This document shows, piece by piece, positions 26,379 to 34,739 of a stretch of DNA of 37,776 nucleotides. Location of the stretch: positions 1 through 37,776 of the forward strand of contig JBMNUR010000003.1 in assembly GCA_050946395.1 (NCBI GenBank). Reading direction: 5' to 3'. The translations under genes were made by a program, and so were the position numbers. Numbering within the stretch: position 1 is the stretch's first letter; the number at the start of each line of letters is the position of its first letter. The notes under the pieces are model-generated. The model was given only the letters and a program-made list of their open reading frames with translations. It did no database searches and was not told the origin of the DNA. The stretch comes from Peptococcales bacterium (lineage in GTDB: Bacteria > Bacillota > Peptococcia > Peptococcales > BICA1-8).

Positions 26379-27225
26379 TTGCTTCACCTTCCCCAGTAAT
26401 TAACTGGGGCTCACTTCCCACAATTTTGTACTTATATTCTTCTACAACAGTTCCGTCTTCTTTTTTCTTCTGAAAAAATATTAGGTCAAAACCATCACTG
26501 GTTTTACCTTGTGAAGTTTCATAAATATATCTGATGCCATTTTCAACCTTTTCCCTGGTCCCCAGCCAATAGGGACAATCATTAAGGAAAGGATCGTACT
26601 TGGTATATTCTGCAAACAGTTTGTTTTTAGCCTCTACATTTATATCAACCATCTGCTTTTTCACATGTGCCGCCCTTACTTCTGCGGTTCTCCCAATGCT
26701 TCTCAAATATTCTTCAGCCTGTGTCTCCTGCTGTCTGGTAAGAGCTGCATAATCATCATGGGCGGAAAATACTCTATTATGCAAACTACTGGGAAACATT
26801 TTCTTTATTGAATCTGTATAACCCGAGCCATCCATTGGCTCTTGATATTCCAACAAAGAAAATTGGCCATTTTCATCTTGAGAAAATGTTATTACGGTGG
26901 GAATAGCCCCACTTCCACTTATTTTTGTAAAAATACCATTTTCAAACCCAAATGCACCATAGCTTGCTATGGTATAAACCTTGACAGTTCCGTCCTTCTC
27001 CTTCGTATCAAGAATAATATGACCTTCTGTTGCAGTTTCCCCTGAAGCATAGAAGGTACTCTGGTCTTTAATAGCCATACTAACAGCATCATCTATATTT
27101 GCAAAGCTTTGCTTTTGAGTATCTTTATGAGGAGAAGCAGGCAGTTTATCATTATTTTGATGGGAACAAAAAGTTACATTCAAAATTATTAATAACATTA
27201 AACCCAAGATATATAACCTTTTCAC
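26359..27225 (-). CDS. Exported/lipoprotein hypothetical protein
   Basis: Signal peptide with Cys19, AGGAGAGG RBS, overlaps the YdcF gene. Confidence 0.7.
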   Translation of the reverse strand: MKRLYILGLMLLIILNVTFCSHQNNDKLPASPHKDTQKQSFANIDDAVSMAIKDQSTFYASGETATEGHIILDTKEKDGTVKVYTIASYGAFGFENGIFTKISGSGAIPTVITFSQDENGQFSLLEYQEPMDGSGYTDSIKKMFPSSLHNRVFSAHDDYAALTRQQETQAEEYLRSIGRTAEVRAAHVKKQMVDINVEAKNKLFAEYTKYDPFLNDCPYWLGTREKVENGIRYIYETSQGKTSDGFDLIFFQKKKEDGTVVEEYKYKIVGSEPQLITGEGEANEENDT

Positions 27226-27344
27226 TAAGCCTCTCCTCTCTTTATATCTTCCACTGTTCCTTTCAATTACATTTTTCTGTTTCCTTAAATATTTATCTTA
27301 AACTAAAGTGCCGATTTTCCTTTCATGTAACACATCATTTTATA

Positions 27345-27372
27345 TAGACGGGAAAACCATTATTTGGTTCCT
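27345..27372 (-). promoter_or_regulatory. ECF-sigma-type promoter
   Basis: Minus strand AGGAAC-N16-CGTCTA (AAC...CGT consensus), about 120 nt upstream of the 27225 start. Confidence 0.6.
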
Positions 27373-27617
27373 CGTAGGCTTTAAAATATATTTATTATCC
27401 AGTATATACATGAAATACAGTTTCTTAACTAAAATACAAATTAAGGGCGGATAGCACATCAGATGTGTCCTCATCCCTATTTAACAAACTTACTTCCTTC
27501 TTCAGCAAATATGTATAGCAAAAATTTTGCCCAGGAGCCAGCTAAATAAATATCTGCGTCAGAACATACAATTTATATTAATATTATTCTAATCTGCTTA
27601 ACACAAAACCTTTATAA

Positions 27618-27631
27618 GAATATGTTGTTAT
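27618..27631 (+). repeat. Target site duplication, left copy
   Basis: GAATATGTTGTTAT, identical to 29024-29037. Confidence 0.85.
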
Positions 27632-29023
27632 TATAAATTGCAAGTTTAAATGCCCACCATATTTTGTAAAAATCCCTGTATCTGTAAAATTGTTTAATTA
27701 GAGCTACTATTTCTATAGGATGTCAAGGGCGGGCGGTTTTTGCCCGTTTATTTACCCTTGACATCCTGCTATATATATCCTGTTGTTTAAGGTCTGTGCT
27801 AACAGACCTTCTGCCTTCCGGCGAGGACTGGGGTTTGGGGACAGAGTTCCCAAGGTTTTTGTTAGGCAGCTAAAGCAACCATATCGTTTGCTGACTTATA
27901 GCCAAATATTCGTCGAGGATAATTATTCATCCAGTACTCAATTCTTTTTATTTCTGATTCGCTTATCGTATCTATATCTACCCCTTTAGGTATAAATCTT
28001 CTAATTAATTTATTGGAATTTTCGTTTGTTCCTCTTTCCCATGAACTATATGGATGAGCATAATATAGCTTAATTCTTTTTTCCCCGGGTTTTGTCACAG
28101 ATCGTTCTAGAGATGGAAACCCTAGAAATTCACTTCCATTATCTACTGTAATAGATTTGAATTTAATTTCAAAATTGTCCTCGTTTTGTTCAATGATATC
28201 TAAGACATTAAGGACCGATTCTTGTGTCTTGTTAGGTATTTTAAATATCATTTCCTGTCTTGTTTGTCTCTCACTTAATACTAGCAGTACAGCACCTTTG
28301 CCAGCTCTTTTACCTACGACGCAATCCATTTCCCAATGACCATACTCTCCCCGCTCATCTATGTTTTTGGGCCGTTCCTCTATACTAGTTCCTTTAAGGT
28401 TTTTATGGGCTATTTTGACTTTCCTATATGTCCCCTTTTTCTTGTTTTTCTTTACTGGCAAATCTTTGTTGGTAATATTAGCGAAAATGCCTTTATCAAT
28501 GTAGTTGTACAATGTCTTAGTGCAAATAGTACTTTCAAACTTTATTCCTTTGGCTTTAATTTCCCCAATTACTGCATCGGGTGAATATTTATCCTGAATT
28601 ATTTTCTTTTCTATGTATTTGGCTAATCTATGATCATGGCCTATTTTTAATGTGGGCCCTTTGTTTTCATTATTCCTATTATATCTATCTTGCGCTACAT
28701 CAGCACAATACTCTTCTCTATACGTTAAATTGCTATTTAAAAACTTAACTTTTCCCCTAGAGATTTCTCTTTCTATGGTTCTTCTATCCCGACCTAGTTT
28801 CTTAGCTATCGCTGCAGGATGAACTTTTTCTTTAAGTAGTATTTCTATTTGATAGCGTTCTTTTTCTGTTAAGTGTTTTCCTTTCCTCTTTTCAATGATA
28901 CAATTAGTATGACTCATATGCTAAATCCCTCCTGATGTTGGTTTCGTCGCTTAACATTATACAGGGATTTTAGCTTTGGGTCTTTATTTTTATTTTCTTG
29001 GGCATTTAATTTTACAACTTACC
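27632..29023 (-). mobile_element. IS30-family insertion sequence (1392 bp)
   Basis: 25-bp terminal IRs at 27632-27656 and 28999-29023 (19/25 match), flanked by direct repeat GAATATGTTGTTAT. Confidence 0.9.
27862..28917 (-). CDS. IS30 family transposase
   Basis: HTH (HLTEKER...TIEREI), DDE motifs WEMDCV, TVDNGSEF, WERGTNEN, then NNYPR. Confidence 0.95.
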   Translation of the reverse strand: MSHTNCIIEKRKGKHLTEKERYQIEILLKEKVHPAAIAKKLGRDRRTIEREISRGKVKFLNSNLTYREEYCADVAQDRYNRNNENKGPTLKIGHDHRLAKYIEKKIIQDKYSPDAVIGEIKAKGIKFESTICTKTLYNYIDKGIFANITNKDLPVKKNKKKGTYRKVKIAHKNLKGTSIEERPKNIDERGEYGHWEMDCVVGKRAGKGAVLLVLSERQTRQEMIFKIPNKTQESVLNVLDIIEQNEDNFEIKFKSITVDNGSEFLGFPSLERSVTKPGEKRIKLYYAHPYSSWERGTNENSNKLIRRFIPKGVDIDTISESEIKRIEYWMNNYPRRIFGYKSANDMVALAA

Positions 29024-29037
29024 GAATATGTTGTTAT
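29024..29037 (+). repeat. Target site duplication, right copy
   Basis: GAATATGTTGTTAT, identical to 27618-27631. Confidence 0.85.
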
Positions 29038-29254
29038 CTGTCGAGAAAATAAAAACATCTACCGTAAAAATGGCAGATGCATAAATTTATTGAATTTGTG
29101 AATAATCCATTCCAAAACAACTTAGCAAGCAAAGAAATTTCCTTATTATAAAGTAAAACAAAAAAACTCCGTCAGTTGAAATATCTAATAGATCCTTTAT
29201 TAAGAGCAATCGATAAAAACACCTACTCATCCCTCTTATAGAAGTTGCCAATGC

Positions 29255-30142
29255 TTAATAATAATTTGAGTTGACAATGTATCTTTCTCGACCCTTGAAC
29301 ACCTCACGAAGATGCCAGTTTACAAAATTTTCACGAGGTAAGTAATCTGGTCTTATGGGCATATTTATTTTCTTACCGTGATACCGTAGCAACCATTCTT
29401 CAAATCCGTTTGTCCCGTGGGCTTCTTCTGACACAAGCACCTCTCTATTTTGGCTTAGTGAAAAAACCCCTCTGTCAAAAAGTTTATGATGCATTGAACA
29501 AAGTGCTATCCCATTCTCTTCTATGTCTGGTCCCCCTGCTTGATGCCATTTAATATGAGCTGCTTCAACAGCAACTAAGGTATTACCTAATCTTACATCA
29601 AACCCACAAACAGCACATTTATATTCGTAAGCATTGAGTATTTTTTCTCTAAAATAAGGGTCTCTGCGTTTATTACCTAAAGGGTTAAAATCCAATCCAA
29701 CAGCACTTAGAATATCTTCATGCATACTCTCCGGGAAATGTAGGTGCAGAAGGGTCTCAGCAATCTCCTGAACGAGATTACTACTTTTAACTAATAAAGA
29801 ATATGCCTCTTCATTAAATCCACCAATCACTTGATTATTTATTAACCAGTTGTCATTAGCCTTATCCATATCTTCTATCGTTTTATTAAGTTGCCAAATG
29901 CCATCGTTAACTAAACGGACAAAAGGATGCTCGGGATGATAAGACTTTCTCTTGGGGCCAAATTCTATCAACAAACTCTTTAGATTTTCTCTAATATCTT
30001 TATAGGACAAATATCGGACATTATTATTTTGAATTTGGCCGAGGGCATATAGAAGTAACAAAGGTTTATGAGGTGCTCTTTGATCTCCTTTTTTCCAGAT
30101 ACTTAGATTTTTTATTTTTTCTTTTAATTTAATAGAATTCAT
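29255..30142 (-). CDS. SBD-HNH restriction endonuclease, probably phosphorothioate-dependent (type IV)
   Basis: N-terminal RAPHKPLLLL...HPFVRLVNDGIW sulfur-binding-domain pattern; C-terminal CAVCG, EAAHIKW, NGIALCSMHHKLFDRG. Confidence 0.8.
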   Translation of the reverse strand: MNSIKLKEKIKNLSIWKKGDQRAPHKPLLLLYALGQIQNNNVRYLSYKDIRENLKSLLIEFGPKRKSYHPEHPFVRLVNDGIWQLNKTIEDMDKANDNWLINNQVIGGFNEEAYSLLVKSSNLVQEIAETLLHLHFPESMHEDILSAVGLDFNPLGNKRRDPYFREKILNAYEYKCAVCGFDVRLGNTLVAVEAAHIKWHQAGGPDIEENGIALCSMHHKLFDRGVFSLSQNREVLVSEEAHGTNGFEEWLLRYHGKKINMPIRPDYLPRENFVNWHLREVFKGRERYIVNSNYY

Positions 30143-30448
30143 AATGTCACCTTAAATTCTTAATTATTGTAAATTACACAAAATATTTTTGATAAAAATA
30201 CTTGATATCCTCCTTTAACAATTATATTTTTTCATTACTACTGGGTGACAAATCAATCTTTTTAAGAACATAGTTAACTTCCATGAAGTTTAAAAGATAA
30301 GGAGCAGATTTCCAATATTACATACACTCTTTTATCCTATGTATTATGTATTTAGATATCTTGTCTATGCTTAAGGCTTTTTCTTTGGGGGATATTTTTT
30401 GTTACTCAATTTTCCAATAATATTACACTTATTTCGTTAAAGCGCGCA

Positions 30449-30619
30449 TTATTTGTGGTATAATACCCCCCCCTTATTCTTGCCCGCATTAAATCCTATA
30501 GCCTTTTTGCAACAGTTGCCACAGGTAAATTGAATAACTCTAATCTCCATTTGTAAGGGGTTGATTTCATCTAATTCATGGGTAATTTTAGCTTTATAAA
30601 TATAAAGTTTATCTGACAT
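30449..30619 (-). CDS. Small hypothetical protein (56 aa), possibly frameshifted at a G8 tract
   Basis: AAAGGAGG RBS then MSDKLYIYKAKITHELDEINPLQMEIRVIQFTCGNCCKKAIGFNAGKNKGGVLYHK*; not in the ORF track. Confidence 0.45.
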   Translation of the reverse strand: MSDKLYIYKAKITHELDEINPLQMEIRVIQFTCGNCCKKAIGFNAGKNKGGVLYHK

Positions 30620-30701
30620 TTTAATCCTCCTTTAATTTATTATCAACAAACCACAACACTTTATTGTATTTTATGAAATGTTTTCAAAATCAGCTCTATT
30701 T

Positions 30702-30731
30702 AAAAAAATGACACCCATGTTTTGGTGTCAT
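30702..30731 (-). terminator. Terminator of rnpB
   Basis: A-tract + ATGACACC...GGTGTCAT. Confidence 0.75.
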
Positions 30732-30740
30732 TGATAAAAA

Positions 30741-31101
30741 GCAGTCGACTAAACCATAAGCCGGGTTCTGTCGTAGGATGACCATCTATCTGGGATATCA
30801 GTTACCTGACACCTCATGCGACCTACCCGGGAACGGAGCGGGCTACTCCATATGTCCCCCTATCAGGTCTTGCTCCAGGTGGGGTTTACCTAGCTAGCTA
30901 GTCGCCTAGCTACTGGTGCGCTCTTACCGCACCGTTGCATCCTTACCTGCCGCCGGAAGCGGCGGGCGGTTTCTTTCTGTGGCACTTTCCTTGAGGTTGC
31001 CCTCACTGGCCGTTAGCCAGCACCCTGCCCTATGGAGCCCGGACTTTCCTCAGACACAGCCTTGCGGCTTGTGCCCGCGATCATCTAGTCTACTCAACTG
31101 C
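30741..31101 (-). ncRNA. rnpB: RNase P RNA (type A-like)
   Basis: Minus strand GAGGAAAGTCCGGGCTC, AGTGCCACAGAAA, GGTAAACCCC, ACAGAACCCGGCTTA; the ends pair as P1. Confidence 0.97.
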
Positions 31102-31197
31102 TATATTTAATTTTCGAGCGGAATATCAGTATAACACTTTCAGATATATTATACAACTGGCAACTACTGGATATTTATTAAGGCAATTAGCAAAATG

Positions 31198-31226
31198 GAG
31201 ATCGCAACGCTACGTGGGCGATGACA
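31198..31226 (-). repeat. Degenerate TGTC-type REP-like palindrome
   Basis: Minus strand TGTCATCGCCCACGTAGCGTTGCGATCTC, related to 36558-36585. Confidence 0.45.
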
Positions 31227-31252
31227 TGTAATGCTAAATCATCTCGTTCTTT

Positions 31253-31978
31253 TTACGATACATCGGTCTCATCCCAATAAATCAATATCCTGCCGCACTG
31301 TTCACAAGTATATATAGTATTACTTTCTTTGATATTTTTCAAGTACATGATAGGAATTTCTACTCTGCAGCCGGAACATAAACCTTTTTCCACCCGTGCT
31401 ATTCCTGTATTTTTAAAAGCTTGCTGAATCCTGTGATATTTATTTAATAAACTTTCTCCTAATAGACCTTTTAGCTCATCCTGCCTTTTTTCTGCGGTTG
31501 CCTTAGCATCAGTCATTTCTGCTTTATTTTTTTGATATACTTTGACGCCTTTTACATATGCCTTTTTCAATTCTGTTAACTGGCCTGTCAGCTGATTTAA
31601 TAACTGGACTTTATCTTCTAGCATATCCATATTAGCCAAAATCTGATCTTCCAACTGAGAAATCCTCACTTTAACCTGGTCTAGTTTCACCTTCATACTT
31701 TCCAGTTCCTTGGGACTATTTGTACTACCATCATAAAGTTTTCTTTCCTGGTCTGCTTTTTGGGCTACTAAGCCGGCTAATTCTTGTTCCAGCTTTTTAG
31801 CTTTTTTCTCCAGATTGCTAATATCTCCTTCTTCTCTAGCAATAGCAGCCTCATTTTCTGCTATTTTAACTTGCTTTTCCTTAAGGCTTGCGACTAATTC
31901 TTTTTGTTTAGCTTGTTTGGAAATTTTCTCAAGACTCTGATCTACCTCTTGTAATTTCCATAATGCTTTCAATTGCAT
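31253..31978 (-). CDS. Coiled-coil protein with C4 zinc ribbon (DUF164/CT398-like)
   Basis: CSGC...CEQCGRIL after a long coiled coil; usual nif3-rnpB synteny. Confidence 0.88.
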   Translation of the reverse strand: MQLKALWKLQEVDQSLEKISKQAKQKELVASLKEKQVKIAENEAAIAREEGDISNLEKKAKKLEQELAGLVAQKADQERKLYDGSTNSPKELESMKVKLDQVKVRISQLEDQILANMDMLEDKVQLLNQLTGQLTELKKAYVKGVKVYQKNKAEMTDAKATAEKRQDELKGLLGESLLNKYHRIQQAFKNTGIARVEKGLCSGCRVEIPIMYLKNIKESNTIYTCEQCGRILIYWDETDVS

Positions 31979-32096
31979 AATAGAGACCTCCCCTGGATTT
32001 TAATTTACAATTTGCAAATTTACAATGGACAATTATTTTAAAATCTTTTAATAGATATACAAAAAGGATAGGTCACTTAAAAAAAGTGTCCTATCC

Positions 32097-33209
32097 TCAT
32101 AAAAACTTAATTGGATCAGAATTGATTTGTGATTCTAATATTTCTACATCCTTACCGGCCAGGTTTTGACGCAGAAATTTTGCTGCCACGTGGACCACAG
32201 GATGTTCCGTAGCAAAATGACCGGCATCAATTAAAGCTAAACCCATACTTTCTGCATCCTGGGCTTCATGATATTTTATATCACCGGTGATAAAGACCTG
32301 TGCACCTTTTTGCAAGGCTGTTTTGAGTAAGCTAGCACCACTGCCTCCACAGACTGCTACTTTTTTAACTGGAGTATTTAAATCTCCGACATAACGAATC
32401 CCTTTTATATTTAACACTGTTTTTACTTTTTCAATTAATTGTTCCAAGGTTGATTCTGCTCTTAGATCTCCTATCCGACCCAATCCGGAATGGGCACCTT
32501 TATTGGCAAGAGGATACAAATCATAGGCTACCTCTTCATAAGGGTGTACTTCAATCATAGCCTGCAATACACTTTGCACTTTTTCTTCCGACACAATTGT
32601 TTCAATGCGGTATTCTTCCACTTTTTCCAATTGCCCCAATTCACCGATAAACGGATTTGTGCCTTCTAAAGGACGAAAAGTACCTGTCCCCGAAAGTTGA
32701 AATGTGCAATCCGAATAATCACCAATATGACCTGCGCCTTGTTGAGCCATAGCACTTCTTACCTGTTCCTCATAACCCTTAGGTACAAAGACAACTAATT
32801 TTACATACTCTTCCTGCCAAGAGGGAGAAAGGACCCGGATATTTGTCAATTCAAGCTTGGAAGCTAAAACATCATTGACACCACCTAAAGCCGAATCCAG
32901 ATTGGTGTGGGCACAGTAGAGGTTAATATTGGCCTCAATAATCCTTTTGATAAGCTTACCCTGGGGCTTATCCCAGCGGATACTTTCCAGTGGGTTAAAC
33001 ATAGGCGTGTGATGGACAATAATTAAATCCACTTTATTTTCTACCGCTTCTTCGATAACAGGCAAAGTGATATCAAGGGTAACCATAACCTTTTGAACCA
33101 TAGAGTCGGGGTCACCTATCTGTAATCCAATTTTATCCCAATTTTCGGCATGTTTGGGGTGGGCTAACCCTTCCAAAACGTTAATTATATCTCTACATCG
33201 AAGCGACAT
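32097..33209 (-). CDS. Nif3-like dinuclear metal protein (YqfO/YbgI)
   Basis: WDKIGLQIG, VHH, AHTNLD, HPYEEVAYD, GDIKYH, DAGHFATE. Start re-placed at 33209. Confidence 0.92.
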   Translation of the reverse strand: MSLRCRDIINVLEGLAHPKHAENWDKIGLQIGDPDSMVQKVMVTLDITLPVIEEAVENKVDLIIVHHTPMFNPLESIRWDKPQGKLIKRIIEANINLYCAHTNLDSALGGVNDVLASKLELTNIRVLSPSWQEEYVKLVVFVPKGYEEQVRSAMAQQGAGHIGDYSDCTFQLSGTGTFRPLEGTNPFIGELGQLEKVEEYRIETIVSEEKVQSVLQAMIEVHPYEEVAYDLYPLANKGAHSGLGRIGDLRAESTLEQLIEKVKTVLNIKGIRYVGDLNTPVKKVAVCGGSGASLLKTALQKGAQVFITGDIKYHEAQDAESMGLALIDAGHFATEHPVVHVAAKFLRQNLAGKDVEILESQINSDPIKFL

Positions 33210-33892
33210 TTTATCACCTGCCCTACCTTTTTCCACTTTTCTTTAATAGCCATAGACTTTTCTTTTGCATTTTGACTAATACTATTTTCTAATTCTTTTA
33301 AGATCTCCCAATCTCCTGCTTTTTGTCTTTTTAAATAATCAACTAAATGCAAATGATATTTTTCCACTAATCGGGGTCCCAAGAATAGGTAAATATCGTC
33401 TTCTATCTGCATTTTACCAGGCTCTAAGACTATTATCTCATAGAAGCGTTCATCTTCATAGATGATTTCTTCGTCAACAATTTTCCAGTTGTTATGTAAA
33501 GCCCACCCCCGCACAAACTCTGCAGCAATGTTCGGTTGTAAAATCAGGCGCTGTAGTTGGGACACAACTTCGGGACGCTGTGTTAAAATTTTTTTTATTG
33601 TTGCCCCGCCCATACCGGCTATAACAATAGTCTGAACTTCGCCAGGAGCTAGAGGCGCTAAACCATCACCTAAACGAACTGAAATTTTATCAGCTAAACG
33701 TAAGGAGCGCACTTGCTTTTTGGCAATTTCCAGCGGGCCAGTACTAACATCTACTGCAATTGCCGATGGTACAATCTTTTCGTGAACTAAATAACTCGGC
33801 AACAGGGCATGGTCGGTACCAATATCAGCTACTACAGTACCCATAGGCACAAAATCTGCAATTTGCTTTAACCTTTTTGATAATTTAATCAT
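33185..33892 (-). CDS. trmK: tRNA (adenine22-N1)-methyltransferase
   Basis: LSKRL, ADIGTDHALLP, GDGL, IAGMGG, LILQP. Start MIKLS at 33892. Confidence 0.92.
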   Translation of the reverse strand: MIKLSKRLKQIADFVPMGTVVADIGTDHALLPSYLVHEKIVPSAIAVDVSTGPLEIAKKQVRSLRLADKISVRLGDGLAPLAPGEVQTIVIAGMGGATIKKILTQRPEVVSQLQRLILQPNIAAEFVRGWALHNNWKIVDEEIIYEDERFYEIIVLEPGKMQIEDDIYLFLGPRLVEKYHLHLVDYLKRQKAGDWEILKELENSISQNAKEKSMAIKEKWKKVGQVIKCRFDVEI

Positions 33893-34063
33893 TATTTCAC
33901 CCCAAAAGTCTATCTGCATTTTATCATAATATAGGAAAAACACTAACACAATATTATTAATTTAATATAAATTGCATTGGTGAACGCTAGTATTATTATT
34001 CCCTCAACATGGCAGAATGATTTCATCTTCCAGCAGACAAACTAATCTAAAGGGGGTGTTTAT

Positions 34064-34285
34064 TTGAACAGTTTGTGGTGGAATAGAAGGGAAAAGTCGT
34101 CTATGGAACCAATTGGTTGGATGCTATTAGGAGGATTTATTGCCCTGGCCTTAGCACCAAATATCAAGAGGGTTGTCCAACAGAGCGAAATGACAAATGA
34201 AAGTATGAGGAAGGTGCCAAAGTTAAAGAATATAATTAGAGTAAGAAAGAGAAATATGGCAGTAGGTTCAAACAAAACCACTTGA
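34064..34285 (+). CDS. Small hypothetical membrane protein
   Basis: AAGGGGGTG RBS before TTG, one TM segment, followed by hairpin GACCGG...CCGGTC-T6. Confidence 0.5.
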   Translation: MNSLWWNRREKSSMEPIGWMLLGGFIALALAPNIKRVVQQSEMTNESMRKVPKLKNIIRVRKRNMAVGSNKTT

Positions 34286-34348
34286 CCGGACAACCGGTCT
34301 TTTTTGGCCTTAAGGAAAGTATAAATAAAACCGAGAATTATCTCGGTT

Positions 34349-34597
34349 TTATAAGCCACTCATCAATTTAATTTTCATTAAAGAAATACCCTGCATGAGG
34401 TTATCACCCGATTCCTTGCTTTTTATTTTAAAATACTGGTACAAATCACCTAAAAAGTTCTCCAGGATTTTAGCGGTTTCTTCTTTATTTTGTGGGGAAC
34501 CTTTTCTTATTTCAACCACATCATCAATAATACCTTTGATCTCACCCATTACTTCATCTAACCTGTTTTCCAGTTTCTTTACATCAGACAACTCCAT
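34349..34597 (-). CDS. Small hypothetical protein
   Basis: AAAAGGAGG just upstream of MELSDVKK; downstream hairpin AAAACCGAGA...TCTCGGTTTT. Confidence 0.6.
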   Translation of the reverse strand: MELSDVKKLENRLDEVMGEIKGIIDDVVEIRKGSPQNKEETAKILENFLGDLYQYFKIKSKESGDNLMQGISLMKIKLMSGL

Positions 34598-34739
34598 TCC
34601 TCCTTTTATGGCAAGCCTCATTAAGAATAATGATTTTAGATAAAATAAGTAAAAATAAAGCCTTCATTAATATTGTATTAGGCTAATTTAGAAAAAGACA
34701 CAAAAAAACCTGCCAAAAGGGTGATTTTTTTTATCTAGT

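Noticed and set aside
27783-27989. 68-aa plus-strand ORF in the IS
   Set aside because: Overlaps the transposase antisense and the structured tail; no RBS or motif.
29175-29240. Short GTG-started frame (MFLSIALNKGSIRYFN) after the HNH gene
   Set aside because: Only 16 codons; could be a relic but is not recognisable.
30916-31110. 64-aa plus-strand ORF
   Set aside because: Antisense to the RNase P RNA; a typical spurious call.
34060-34359. 99-aa minus-strand ORF
   Set aside because: Runs through two terminator hairpins and is antisense to a plus-strand ORF with a better RBS.
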